From the human T2T-CHM13v2.0 reference genome, Homo sapiens: DNA of 64,000 nucleotides. The translations under genes were made by a program, and so were the position numbers. Numbering within the stretch: the first letter of the stretch is position 1; each line of letters begins with the position of its first letter. The notes beneath the pieces were generated by a model, which was given only the letters and a program-made list of their open reading frames with translations, searched no databases and was not told the DNA's origin. Location: NCBI RefSeq assembly GCF_009914755.1, contig NC_060931.1, one strand, 5' to 3'. Below are positions 28,976 to 44,610 of the stretch, piece by piece.

Positions 28976-30810
28976 TCATCACACAAAAAAAGTAATGAAA
29001 TAAAGAATTTGTTTTTCTCTTTGGCTTATCTTATGGAGATTATGACAATTACCAAAATCTTTATTACCTAGAATCTTTTATTTGGTGACTTATAGTTTAA
29101 GTTCCAAAGAAAAATATTGCCATATAAGGAAAGGGTATGACATAGAATACACCTGAAAGAGAGTTTTCTTAATATGACTCGTTTGTGAGATAATTTCTGG
29201 GGCTACCACATCCCTGGTTTTACACTAGAGTCCAGTGACCTGAACCTCCAATACTGAAGTCACTAAATTTTCTTCACAAAATAACTGTATCCTACTAGCA
29301 TCAAGACAGCACATTACACTGCCATCTTGCCTCCATCCTTGAAATTTTAGAAAGCAAAATATGGCCTCATACAAATATCATTTGGAATTCTGAAACTGCA
29401 AAGATACCCAGGACTCAAATGTTTAAAAACCCAAATGCATTTCTAAGTATACATTTTCCCCCTTAGATTGCCTTGTTCTGCTCTAAGTATCCTCAAAGTG
29501 CTTTGATTTTTTTTCTCTAAGTGAGCTATAGAAATCTGAAAAGTTAAAATAGCATGTATTCTTTACAGATCATTTCATCATTGTATCAACTAGTAAGTAT
29601 TAGCAATTTATAACGTATGAATATGTTCTCACTCTTTCCTTAAAGAGAAAATCACACAGACATCAGAACAATGAATCTCTGGCTGAATAAATTTAAAAGT
29701 TCAGTCTCATAAAGCAAATTTTTTGTTTGTTTACATATACTCACAGTTTGGAAGCAATCAATCTTGATTATTTATTTCTGCAATGCTTTTACTTACCTCT
29801 ATAAGTGCTTTGGGATTTGTTTTCTATGATCATGACTATGCAAAGTTAGGGCATCCTATATTTTATTTTGTGGGACTCCTTTCATATTTGTGAAGAAATA
29901 ACTTAAGGTTGATTCTCCCATTCTTTAAAACTACACCTGATCCATATGTCAGAAATAATAATGGCAAAAACAAGGCAATTTTTCAAAACTGAGTTGACAG
30001 TTTTTGAATATTAAGCTTCCCAAAGATATGGGCTTCACACATTTCTCTGTACAATTTCTAAAAAGGAAACACAAAAATCAATCTCACCACCTTTACTAGG
30101 GTTCTTCAGGGATTTCATAAATGCTTTTTGGTGAGACCTCATCATTTAATGTGCAATAAAAGAAAAAAAGGTGTGATGGAAGGAACAGAGTTGAGGGAAC
30201 AACTACTAAAACCACAAACCTCCCAAACGAACTTTACTCTGAACAGAATAAAATACCCTATTGAATACTCTAACCATCAGTTGTATAGGAAAAGAAAAAA
30301 AACATAAAAATTATCTCATACATTAATGGAAAGTTTATTGCATCAGAAAGAAAATGAATTTCCATATACTGTTAATTTCATACACTAAAATGAATTGAAG
30401 AAACTAATTATTCATAACGAATATTGGCCTTTGGGAAACACTGCTTCCTAAAAGGATTTAATGGTCAAAGCTTGTGTGAATTATTATCATGAATTAAACT
30501 AATGAAAGGATGAAGATATTGTTAACAGAAGTTCTGAAATGCTAACCTTGCCATTTCTGTCATGAGATGAGAAATCAATGTCCAAATAACATGTGCAGTT
30601 AAAGCTTTAACAGGAAATAAGTGCCACAGAATCTACAGAAAGAGGTTTTTCCTATCTCTCAACAAAAAATATATGAATGGAGGTAAGGTGGAGAAAGGGG
30701 ACAATAGTAAAAATCATGCCCCAAATGGAAATGAAATTAGCACCCTGAGAATGAATTGAGAAGAGTAAAAATTAACGTTCAGCCATTTGTAGAATATTGT
30801 GAGCCCATAG

Positions 30811-30985
30811 GTGTGTATATATATAAAATGTGTATATATACATATATATAACGTGTGTATATATATGTGTGTGTGTACATATGTATAGTGTGTATATAAA
30901 ACACATATATGGGTGTATATACATATATAATGTATGGGTGTATATACATACATAATGTATGGGTGTTTATACATACACATATATA

Positions 30986-31040
<55 letters not shown>
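30811..31040. repeat. Alternating purine-pyrimidine tract (TA/TG/CA mix) ending in (TG)27 at 30987-31040
   Basis: Seen directly. Confidence 0.96.
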
Positions 31041-31041
<1 letters not shown>

Positions 31042-31657
31042 TGTATCCTGTAAAGAGGAAATTAAACCATCTGAATTATCAGTGCCCAAAATCAAGATGA
31101 CCCACATGTTACTTTAAAAAATATATAATTAGAAGGGAAATTTAAGAAAGTTTAAACCTTACCTTTCCTATTTTCCTCAACAAACAAAAAGAAACAACAA
31201 CCAACACATTCAAAAAAATTGATCTACTTGACACTGATCAAAGGAAAGTCTCGGAAATAAGAATTTGAAAGTATAATCTACCTAAGAGAGAGGGCTCTTT
31301 GTTGGAGAAAGTGGCTCCAGATTTCAGATTTTAGTTGATGACAGGAAGTGAAATAAGAAAACTCTTTGACAAGTGTATGAATAGAGAAACTTTGTCTTGT
31401 TTTTTTGATGAGGTAGGTTGTTTTCTTTTGATTTGCTATGAAATGGCATCTCCAGAGTCTTGCAAGGGTTAAGAAGAGTGGGAAGCTGGGTAGGAAAAAA
31501 AAATCCAAGAAGAGTACGAGCAGAGTTGGAGAGAGGGCTAAATTATTAGAAAAGGAATGGCACTTTGTTTAGCAACCCAGAATAGCAGTAGTGTGAAGCT
31601 CAGTGGGATCAGCTGGCTTCAGGGCTTTACAAAGAAATCCATTTCCCTGAGTGCTAA

Positions 31658-31985
<328 letters not shown>

Positions 31986-32499
31986 ATAACATATATTTAT
32001 GAATTTGTTTGGTGAGTCTATCCTGGAAAGGCTAATAAACTTTAAAATAATGAAGAATCAGCTTTCAGGTCCTGTGAAGCTAAGAACCATATCCTAGAAC
32101 CTGGTCTTAGAACCAACACACTCCCTGTGAGAATGTCACTAACCTGGATGAGTTCTCCATTCTATTGTTCTCTATCTGCATTGCTTTACACAAAAAGTGG
32201 TTGATAATTAGGTAAACTAGCTTCTGAGGAAAAGTGGTGGAGGCCAGAATAGGGCAAGGGAATGGATGGCTGCTGATACCTTCTAGAAACTATCACAAAT
32301 TTTTATAATAAATCTCTAAATATCATGAAATGTAAAAAAGATGGCCCAAATTTGCAAGGATCACTTTGATATCTTTGTTTAAATAAAATTTATATCAAAA
32401 TGTGTGCAATGACTATCTTTTCCTCTTCTTCATTCTATTTTACATTTCTAAATTTTCCAAAGTACATATATACAATTTTAATCATCAAAAAAATTTATA

Positions 32500-32818
32500 A
32501 ATTCACAGAAGATTTTTAGAGCAGTGAAACTACCCTATATACTCTAGCAGTGGATACATGTTATTACAAACTTGTCCAAAGCCATAGAATGTACAACATC
32601 AACAGTGAATGCTAATGTAAAATGTGAAATTTGGGTGATGATGTGTCAATGTCAATTCAACTGTAACAAATGTACCAGTTTGGTGGGGGATACTGATAAA
32701 TGGGGAAGTCTATGAATGTATGGGAACAGGAGTAGGTACATAGAAAATCTCTGTATGTTCCGTTCAATTTCTCTGTGAAACTAAAACTTCTCTAAAAATT
32801 ATGTCTATTTAAAAAATT
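32500..32818 (+). mobile_element. L1MC-type 3' end
   Basis: cacagaagatttttagagcagtgaaact..ccatagaatgtacaacatcaacagtgaa..aaatctctgta..aactaaaacttctctaaaaa. Confidence 0.8.
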
Positions 32819-32924
32819 CTAGCATAAATCTGTCTTTATTTATTTGGTATCTATGTCAACAAATTTTCAGAAATATTTAAAGGCCTTTCATTTTTATATA
32901 TGAGATCACATTGATTATCACTGG

Positions 32925-32928
<4 letters not shown>

Positions 32929-32970
<42 letters not shown>
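32929..32970. repeat. (TG)21 microsatellite
   Basis: Seen directly. Confidence 0.97.
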
Positions 32971-32973
<3 letters not shown>

Positions 32974-35880
32974 AGTTTTAAAGCAGAAAAGGGGTTACTG
33001 ACTGGGAAGCTGTAATGATGAGATCTCTTGATAAAGTAATGCAGTGTAAGCAATCTTTAGAGACTCTTTCAATTTGATGATGTTTTCTGACTTTTATCCT
33101 TTGGGCTGAATCAAGAAAAATAAAACAATTTACAAAACTAAGACTCTGCTACCCACAGCAAATGGGGGAGGCAGGGAAGACTATATTGATTGTCAATATA
33201 TAGCAACATTATATTTTTTAAATTTATCCTTATGAAAATTATCTCTCATTATTAAAAGAGCTTCTCTGATGTTTAAAGAACTGGTTAACTATATTCTATA
33301 TATATATATATTACATTCTAATTATATTCTATATATATTTTTCTATCTATTTTCTTTATATAGTCCTTAGTTTATCATTTCTGTCCATTTTCTACACAAA
33401 TAAGATGGGAACCTCAAAAAAGGAAATAAGCACCTCTATTATACAATCTTAAATTGGGTTAGAAAACTTAGTACCTTACTTTTGGATCCTAAAAAATATT
33501 TTATTGATATATTCCAGAATTTAAGATCTTAATTTTCTTATATATTTGCTCTAAATGGCACTTGAAATAAGAAACTAAAGAGTGATTAATATTTGGCCAA
33601 TGTTACATGAATGTTACTATTTATCTTGTTATTCTTATTTTAACAGTATTTACCAATACTGTCGAGTCACTAAGTTTTGATTTTTGGTTCCACTCCTTCT
33701 AGTTTCACTTATGCATTTTAGTCCTGATCTTTGCACTAAACATGCTTATGTGTACCATATTCTGTAATAAAATATAACTAGGCAAAAACTATGATTATCT
33801 ACCTCGCAGTAGGTAAAAATATAGAAGGTTCCAGAGTGATACTTCTCAAAATTATATCTGCTATATATAACATATAAACTTTGCATAAAAACAATATACC
33901 ATTATAAAATATAATTACATACATTTTATATATATAGTATTTATTAAATCGAGAAAATATTTTCAAGTTACTATGTTCCCCATAAGTTTTACCATATTCA
34001 TAATTTACAGTTTGTTTTTATTCCTTGAGAGAATTTTTTTTCTTACTTGGAACTATTTCCTATTTGTTCCAATTGTGTTTCCAACTTCCTTAGAAATGGC
34101 CATAGCAATACAATTTTTATTGATATACTAGCTCATGGGGCATTGTTTCTTGTTGTTAGGTGTAAATCCAGTAATAATAAAAATAAGTTCCATAAATACA
34201 AAACAGTAAAATTCAACCAAAATCAGGCCTGATATTAAGGGGATTTGAATACATATACAGAATATAATTGAACACTTTAAGCAATTCTACAAATTTTAAG
34301 AAATAGAGATATAGATTGAGATTTTCACAAACTAAAACAATTATAGTGATATAGTTCAACTCAGTCTCTTAACTTACAACTATGCTTGTGCGTATCTGTC
34401 CAAATTCAATTGTATTTCTGGCCTATAAGATTATTTGCTTCAATCAACCAACATAGAGAAAAAAATCCCAGGCTAAAAAGTAAATATAATGTCTACACTG
34501 GCAGTACCCTATCTCACAGATATATTGTGACAAAATCTTACTATTAATATCTGTAAATATTATACACCTTTCATGAAAATATGAAAGCTAAATAAATATA
34601 TAAGGGTAAACAAATAAAATCTAAAGGTAAAGTTTTATTTGGTGCATTTGAGAAAAATACAAAAGAAAAGGAAACTTTGGGTCTTATTGGTGATGTAGGA
34701 ATCTGGAGATTGAAGACGTAGGCAGTGGGGATAGTGCAGGAGTGAAAAAACAAGCAGTTACAAAAAATTATTTAAACTTGCCATCTTAATGTAATATGCT
34801 TTGAGTCGGCCTTTATTTCTATGTATGGAGAACAAAAAGTTTCTAGGCAGAAAAATATTATAAAATTGATAGTACAGACAGTGAACTACTACAATTTAAA
34901 AACATCTGACTCTTTCTGGCCAATCTTACTTTAATGGTATCATCATACAAAAGAAAGAAAATTACATGGAACAAATGAGAAAAAAAAGTACCTTTGTCAT
35001 AAACTTTCAAATATAACATTATAATAAAAAATTCTCAGGAGAAATTTTGGGGGAAAAAAAGATGTATTCTTCAATAATAATTTAACTTGGCCTAAATTCA
35101 TGAGAATATCCTCCAGTTTTGCAAACTGCCTTCAATTTGCTGAGAACCATTCTTTTATGCCAGCTTAAAATAAGCAAAGATTACACAAGTACCATGTGCC
35201 ACCTTAAATAAGGAAAGGGAAAAAAGTACAATATGGTATTTAAACAGCTGTGTGAAGATACTGGTTAAAACAAGAATCATTTTTCAGCTGAGCTTGTAAT
35301 GCTTCATTTTGCTAAATTTAAACTAGTGCATCATTAACTTAACCACTGATTTGTAGAATAAAGTACAGAACCGCACCTGCATATAATCCAATAAACACAA
35401 TAATTTTTCAAATGGTTGTGAAATTGTCATAATTTGGGATCAAGATTTGAGAGAAGGAAGAAAAAATAAGAAGACATTATTTCACAGATGTACTGGAGAA
35501 AATACAATTGTTTTCATTATTTGCAGTTTTATTTGAGTGAGCTGACAAATGTACAACAAACAGTACACGTGGAAACACACTAGTAAGAATTCTATGCCAG
35601 GCAATTAGTGAAGATGATTGCAAGAAATCAATTTTTTGGAAATAAACAAAAATTTTAAATGTTATATGGCCAGTTTGGATGAGTATTATAAGTAAATGAG
35701 CTCAAACCAGTTAACGAAATGGAAGAAAACAGAGTGTGTGCTCAAAATAATTTTGCTCCCAAAGGTCCATAAGGAACCATTTAGTATATCAGAAGTATTC
35801 ATTTACTATGTGGTATCTCCCTGGTCAAAGAATTGATACTTTTTCACATAGATTCACTCAGTCTTGTCTTTCCACTATGT

Positions 35881-36678
<798 letters not shown>

Positions 36679-37019
36679 CATTTTCAATTTGGCACATAAG
36701 ATAAGGGAAACGTAGGGAGACAAGAAACTCTATAGCTTAAAATTAACTTTTATGTTAAAGTTTTGTTTCTGTTGGTCTTTATTTTTAATTCTGGAAGAGC
36801 AATCATCCTAAATTAAGCCAATCAAATACATATTGCTTTAAGCACTAATTAACACCTTCTTCTTCTACCTTTTATTAGTTCTAAGAAATGTTCTTTGGTT
36901 TAAAATTTTCCACTAATAATGGAAAAAGTATGAAATTTCTTATCCTTATTTAACCATTTTAAAATTAACTCCAATATGTACTACATTATGACAGAGCAGA
37001 TTTTACATCGCCCTGACAG

Positions 37020-39158
37020 TAAAGTATACTGCATTCTTGGTCAGATGAATGTAATGAGCTTCTTGTAATCCTGGCTAATTGATATAGGAATGGGGGAAGG
37101 ATTTGCAAGATCAATAGCCGTATACCAAGTGCCAGAGACAAGAATGACTGGCTCTAGTAAAAAAGAACACATCTAGAAGAGTATCTCCAATCAGAATTGC
37201 AACCTGATTAAATTTAAAACAGAGCATTATGGTTTCTAACGCCTATTCTCCTTTGCGCAAGGCAAGTAGGTGAGTAAAATGAGTATGTGCTAAAAATCTC
37301 TTTTAAAATTTTTAAGTATTTAATAGCAGCGGTAATCTCTGACATTTCTCTAGTGAATTTACTGCTTTTGATTTGCTCTCCTGGATGGGAGAACAGTTCC
37401 AGGGCTTTCCACTTGTCCCCTTCTACCACAATATCCTTCATTCCATGGTTCAGAAAGCCAATATGGACATTCTGCAAGCTACAGAGGATATCTAGTCAAG
37501 GTAAGCATTGAAGAACTGGACAATGATCACAAGGTAGATAAACAAACTCCCTGGAACTACAGTAAGAGTAATTCAAGTTACAAAGAAAGAAAAAGGAAAA
37601 GAACATGAGAGAAGGGAAAGAAAGAAGGAAGGAAAGAAGGAAGGAAGAAAGGCAGGCAGGCAGGGAGGGAGGGATCATTTGGTCCCCATAAGGTCACACT
37701 TTGACAAGAACAATGGTCAAGCATTTTGGGTCTCCCCTCCCTGCCAAGGATTAGTGTCAAGTAAGAGCCATGTATGGTAATCCCTGAAATAACTAAGAAT
37801 TTCCCTTTCCACAATGTACAATCATCCTGGTAAATGACTGAGATCACACTGGGGACAACTTGAAGAAAGATTTTTGGTATGTATTTGTAGCAATACTCAT
37901 GCTTTATCTTCAGAGGGATACAGTTGCCCTCATTTCATTTAAGGGCTGTGGCTCTGTGAACTGGCTCCGGTCTAGAAACTGAGTGAGAGGCCATGATGTT
38001 GTATCAGGGTGAGGAAATGAGTTTTCTGCTCACGACATCAATTATGTTTCTGTACCCTAGAGTCTGTATTTTAGTGATATTTCAGCCACCATCAAAAATT
38101 AAAAGTTTGGTGTCACAATAGTCTGATTGTCACTCTGGCTCTTCCACCCATTATCGCAATTGTACTCACTTTGCTTCCAGTGATTACACTGGGACACTCA
38201 GCCTCTGCCACTCCAGAATTCCATCATTCCATTAAAATGAGAGAGTCTATTTTGAAAGTAGCACCTAATATCACATCCAAGGCAATCAGAATACAGCCTT
38301 CCCAGATTTCTTCAAGGACACTGATGTTCCCTTCACCAATGCATTTCTCAATATTTCCATGAGGAAAGCATTTGTGGGTCACACATGATAAACCCACTGC
38401 AACATTCCTATCTCCCTAAGGCTTTGGGATATTTTCATGCAAGACTGAAGTCACTATGGCCATTACAGACTCTTCAAGAAGAGGGAATTTAATCTCCTTA
38501 GAGAAAGAAGAAGAGGTTGGTTCCACAATAAAGCACTGGGGAAACTGCAGATGAAGCATAGAGGAAACTGGAGTTCAAGGCTCTGAGATTTAGGTGAGTT
38601 CACTCACATAAATATATTCATTTCAATTATCATGATCCATGTCTACCATTCATGTCTTATCTTCCATATAAGAAAGCTAGTGAGGCTGTGAATTCAACTT
38701 GTACTGTGATTCTATAATTCTCAGAACTGAAGTTTGGTTCTTATTTTCAGCTGCATCATTACTGCAATGATAAAAGACAAGACAATTTGTGTTGGCAGTG
38801 GGAGTGGGGAGGGGATCATAGATCTCTGTTTACGTGACTATCCTTGAACTGAGAGAAGTCCTGAACCCATAATTTCCTTTCTATAAACCTTCTAGTGTAG
38901 TCAAAAACAGCCAACAGGAGTCATTATTCAATCCATAACAGTCAATTACAACTTCCATTTGATTTCCCAAAACTTTGACTTTAGTAAACACTTCATTTCT
39001 GATAAGAAAGGTGATACATTAAGTAACTGAGCTGACCCTGCATGGAACGGCAATTTTCCACTGGCAATGATATACTATTGTGTTCAATTGCAGTATGGTC
39101 AGATAACCAATCTCAAATTCTCATCTTTGAAATTCTGTCTCCTAAAACCACTCCTGGT
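37020..39158 (-). mobile_element. Ancient ERV-L class internal region (decayed gag, protease and start of RT)
   Basis: ORF 37214-37477 (QNVHIGFL..KWKALEL..EITAAIKYLK..FYSP) resembles the ERV-L Pol motif QNPHIGSL..KWKPLEL..EISATIKDLK..FNSP. IHGSYLTLILG resembles the protease DTGSELTLIPG. A tRNA-Leu PBS remnant ACCAGGAGTGG lies at 39148-39158 (minus). Confidence 0.85.
37582..37673. repeat. Purine-rich (GAAA/GGAA/GGCA/GGGA) microsatellite inside the ERV-L protease region
   Basis: Seen directly. Confidence 0.9.
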
Positions 39159-39743
39159 TATTGTTCACTAAAGAAAGCAGAAACTACTATAGACATTTCC
39201 AGAATAGGAAATTTAATACCAGAAACTGATTATACAGTTGTTGAAGGGGTTAGAAAAAAAAGGAAGAAATAAATACTTGAAGGCACAAAACAAAAACAGG
39301 GTTTCAAACCAAAGTGAGGGTGCTACCCCACTAGGCTGGAGCCCACAAGCCTGCAGTAATTGCTGAGCTCCTGGAAAAACTTCTACAGGTGCCACTGGGA
39401 ATGCTCTGTTATTGCTCAACAGAGCCTATACTGTCCAGCAGCAGGAGTACTGCTACTGCTATTCAAGATGCCAACACTAATGCTTCTGGAACTCACAGCC
39501 ACCAGAGGTCACCTTCAGTATCCTCTTCTGCATGCTGAAGTACACCATCCAATAAAAGGAAAAAAATAGCTGCTTCTTCTCTCCTACCTTACAATCTTTC
39601 AAGATTGCCTTGCTTTGGCTGTACCTAATAGAAAACTTGCTAGCAATGGAATCTGGCATGTGTGGTTCACAGGTTTTATATCTTTGCAGTAGAGTGTGGA
39701 AGGGCAGATATATAGATAAGAGATAACAGCACTAACTGTCACA
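39159..39743 (-). mobile_element. 5' LTR of the ancient ERV-L element (LTR33/LTR41-like)
   Basis: Lies immediately upstream of the PBS on the minus strand and begins TGTGAC at 39743. The family name is tentative. Confidence 0.6.
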
Positions 39744-40112
39744 AAACCAAACAATAATGGAAAAACAGAATGTGATGCATTTTATCTTCTAACCATTTAT
39801 AAAATAAATTAAATATATGTTTTATGGTATAATAATAACTGTAAAGAAAACCAAATACTACACAAGCACTCAAAATGCCATTCTCAATCTAATCTTAACT
39901 TTCTTAATAATCAACAAATACTTACTGTGTCTATGTTCCTGACATTGTGACAAATCCCAGAGTTACAGATGTAAAATCAACTATAGGAGTTTTTACTCTC
40001 GTCAGGAAATAGAATCAGAGGAAACAGACAAAATACAGTAAATAATAACTAGACTATGTGTATCAGGTATACAGGAGAGCCAACTACAACAGCCAAGAAG
40101 GGTCATAGATGG

Positions 40113-40509
40113 TGTATAATTTGGATATTTGTCCAATCCAAATTTCATGTTGAACTGCAATCCCCAGCACTGGAGGTGGGGCCTGGTGGGAGGTGTTTGG
40201 ATCCCAGGGGTGTATGTTTAATGGCTTGGTGCTGTCTTTGTGATAGTGAGTTCTCGCAAGATCTAGTCATTTGAAAGAGTGTGGCACTTTCTGCCCTCCA
40301 CTCTCTGTCTAGCTCCTGCTTTTGCTGTGTGAAGTGCCTGTTCCCGCTTTGCCTTCCACCATGAGTAAAAGCTCCCTGAGGCCTCCCTAGAAGCAGATGC
40401 TGCTATGCTTCCTGTACATCCTGAAGAACTGAGCCAATTAAACCTCTCATCTTATAAATTGCCCAGTTTCAGGTATTTCTCTATAGCAATGTGAGAATAG
40501 CCTAATACA
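40113..40509 (+). mobile_element. MaLR solo LTR (MSTA/MSTB-like)
   Basis: ggaggtggggcctggtgggaggtgtttggat, gccttccaccatgagtaaaagctccctgaggcctccc, ending ctaataca. Confidence 0.88.
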
Positions 40510-42208
40510 GGCGGCTTCAGGGAAGTGACTTGGGGAAAAACTAGGGCTTCTAAAGAATACAAGAAAAAATAATATTTCAGATCAGAAAAACAGCATGTAT
40601 GGAGGCATACAGACCTGACAAAGCATAAGATGTCCTGGAAAGTAGAATTGTATATAATTTGAAATATAGCAAATGAGGAGATAATCAGGAATATGCCGAA
40701 GAAAAGGTTAGACAGGCAAAAGGTGAGCAAAGTATGATTCTATTAATATATTGCTCATACAATTGATTGAATGATGTTGCATTTGAAATTTTTTAATTTA
40801 AATTTTAGAAAGATAATTGCCAGAGGAATGGAGGATTGACTAGAGTGAATAAGATGAGGAAAATAAGATCATTTAGAAAGCTGTTCTAGTATAGGATAAT
40901 AAAACTGAAGTAATGCAATAACTACTGAAGTAATACAATAAACTGAAGTAATTCCCACTTGTCTAGGAAAAAGCTAGTTCTCCTCCTCCTTCTCTATGCA
41001 AGTTCCCCAGCTTCTAATCAATCTATCAGTTAAGCCCACTTTAATAACTATTAATATGTTTTCAATGTCCATTTTAATAACTGTGTTTTCTACAAGATTA
41101 AAGAAATAAAATTATCCTATAGATTTTTCTAAACAAATAGTGGAGACCTATGGAATATAATTGCAAGGGTAGTAAAAATGTAACTTAAATTAAGCTGTGA
41201 AATATATTCTATTTTTTGTCTGCTATTTTGTCATGACTGTTTGACAGAAAATCTACCCTTTTAATATGCCAAATTCACACATATTAATTAGGAGAACTAG
41301 AAGTTAACCAAAGTAAATCGGGAGGAAAATATTTTAAAAGTATACGTGCATATCTCACCCAAAGAAAAATTCCGATTTAATTCTCACTTCTTTTAAGGTG
41401 GCCCTCCCCCAGAATATCGTTGACTTTTTAAAACATATCATAAGGCAAACATTTGTGACGCTATCACAGTCCATCTTATACAACCAACCAGGAAAAATAT
41501 CCTCTTTAATCAAAATCAGTAATTTTGCGTTAAGCTTCTTTTATTGATATGAAAAATTTGGGCAGTCCTGCAGAGAGAAGTCCAAATAACACAGGAAACT
41601 AGCCCTGACAGGTGGTAAGACAATAGGAAGAAACTAGTATTTCCTCAGGATCTTGCTTATACATATGGTACTTATGATACTTTACTAAAAAGTATTTATC
41701 TGAATCCTTCAGTAGCCTATGAGTCCCTTAATGGCAGGAAATGACTGAAAAAAAAAACAAATAAATAAAGTGAAGACAGAAACGACATGGATTTCTAAAA
41801 ATATTTCTGATGCTTCTGCATTTCTTAAAAATTTACGTGGATATTTTCCAGGATGGACAATTATCTGTGCACACAATGCAATTTGCTCTTCCAAATCCTT
41901 TCTACCACAGCTTCAGACTTAAGCTCTATTTAATGTAAACCAATCATAGTAATACCTTCCTCACCGCCACGTAGTCTTTCAGTAATGAATGAGACTACGT
42001 CCATTTAAGCAAACAACACACAAGGAAACATTTCCTAGTGGCTTCTTAAAAAAAAAAAAAAGGCTTCATTTTTCAACTAATAAAAAGGTGAGTATTACAG
42101 ATAATAACTACATAGGAATGTAAAAAAAAACTTACTCTGGCTATGGAAGTCTGAAAAGACTTCATGTAAGAGATAAGGCTTAAACCACACCTGAACAACA
42201 GGAAAGTA

Positions 42209-42518
42209 CAGTTATGCATCACTTAATGATGGAAACACATTCTGAGAAAAGCATATAGGCAATTTCATAATTGTGCGAACATCACAGGGTATACTTACAC
42301 AAACATAGATGGTATGGCCGACTACCCCTAGCTTATGGCTCCTAGACTACAATCCTGTACAGCATGTAACTGCACTGAATTCCATAGGCAATTGTAGCAC
42401 AATGATATTTGTGTATCTAAACATAAAAAAGGTACAGTAAAAACATGGTATTATCCTCTTATGGGAAGACCATCAAAAACACAGTCTATCACTGACATTA
42501 TGCAGTGGCACATGGCTG
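42209..42518 (+). mobile_element. Tigger3-derived MITE (Tigger3a/MER7-like)
   Basis: TA|cagttatgc...catggctg|TA termini, with internal tgtgcgaacatcac..tacttacacaaac. Confidence 0.85.
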
Positions 42519-42979
42519 TATCTGAGAGTAGACAGGAATTACAACTGGGTGGATGGTATAAAGAAAGGCATAAGAAGCATAAAGAGTGGAGGATGTTAGA
42601 TGTATTCAAAGCACAAGCCAGCCACCCCAAGTAAAAGACTCATAGACAAAGAAAGAACATGCAGGAAACAAAAGTCGAAAAAAGGGCCTGAAAACCAGAA
42701 TATATTTCATTATGTTAAGAGCCAACAAAGTAAAATTCTTAGTTATGATCTAAATGTATGATTTAGGGATGAATACATAGTTAGGGAGAAAAGAAAAATT
42801 ATTTAGCCATGAATAAATTAATCCAGGTTCTTATTCATCAAGATTCCATTTTGAAGAGGGCTGCCGCTTAGGAACACTCAAGCTACGAGGGCCATAAATT
42901 TAACACACACATTTCTTTATGAAGGAGTAGAGAGAATAAACAAATTTTTTAAAAAGTAAAGGGAGAAAAGGGAAAATAA

Positions 42980-43446
<467 letters not shown>

Positions 43447-44539
43447 TTTTTGGCTCGTTTGTACAGACATGAAAGTGTCTCAACGTGGTTAAGTGAGTTT
43501 GGAAGAGCCAGATTATTATCCAGGCCTCTGACTTTACATCCTGTACCCACTCCGGCCTACCTCATTTCATTCAAGAGATAAGTACAACACAAAGTTCAAC
43601 AACATCTGAAGCCATTCTGAACTAGAAATAAATGAAGATTCTAATTGTCAGTATATCATTATTCAGACATAATGTAGAAACAAAGGATTTTGCCAAGCTT
43701 AATATGGTTTGGCTGAATGCAAGATTTATATATTAAGATCCAACATTATATGGGCAAAGAAATACTACCTGACTCTCTGGAAATTGAGGTTTATCAATCA
43801 GACTCCCTAGATATTCAGTATTTTGAAGATATAATAATACTGAATCAGAGACAGAAAAAAACTAGTAATAAAATACTCAAAGGTCTAAAAATTAAAGGCA
43901 AATTTTCTTAGCAAAGAGTACATGGCATTCTATTTAAAAATCAACAATTTGTCTTCATTCCCCAGATCATAAACCCAAGGAGACCATTATAAGGCTGCTA
44001 CAAACAATCTGTCAGTTTGATTTCACTTGGTTAGTGAGGGTGTTGATTTTGTTGTTGAACTGCTTAAGAAAAATTTAAGATGCTTAAAGAAAGTTCTTTA
44101 AACATATTAATAATAAGCTTTTCAAAGTCTGTGAATTTAATATTTCATTATTTCCTTGAACCTGTTAGAGTTAAGTGAAACTTTGAAAATTCCAGGAAAG
44201 GTTCAATAAAATTTGTTATAGATTCTACATGGTCTCATTTTCCTTTACTTAAGAAAAAATACCAAATAGGCTGTTATATTTTGAAATCTACATTTTTTCA
44301 ATCTGCCCTTTAATGAGCACCAATTATGGTAAATAAATATTAACAGAATATAACCACTTACTTATAATGCAATCCTTATAATGTTATATTTATCCAAGCC
44401 ATGAAGGATTAGGGAAGTAAAAACTACACTAGCTTATGATTTAGCAGTTTTATTTTCCAATATAGGTCAGAATCTAAAAAGTTAAAGAGTGAAGGAGGGC
44501 CACGGGGCCTTTAAGGAGCCCAAATATCAGTGTAAATGA

Positions 44540-44610
44540 AAGGGTGATTGATTCTCTCCTCAAAGCAGATGGCGTCCTTTCCCCAGATGCCTGGTTAATA
44601 CAGATGTGGA
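44540..44610. promoter_or_regulatory. Candidate enhancer: clustered CAGATG E-boxes with a PBX-HOX-like site
   Basis: TGATTGAT at 44545 and CAGATG at 44566, 44584 and 44601. Confidence 0.3.

Noticed and set aside
31344-31353. ETS-IRF composite GGAAGTGAAA
   Set aside because: It is a single isolated 10-mer, plausible by chance.
40900-40952. Three copies of actgaagtaat
   Set aside because: This is a short local slippage repeat with no unique spacers, so not CRISPR-like.
44558-44577. CTCF-like motif caaagcagatggcgt
   Set aside because: It lacks the conserved CC at the start of the core and is better explained as an E-box.
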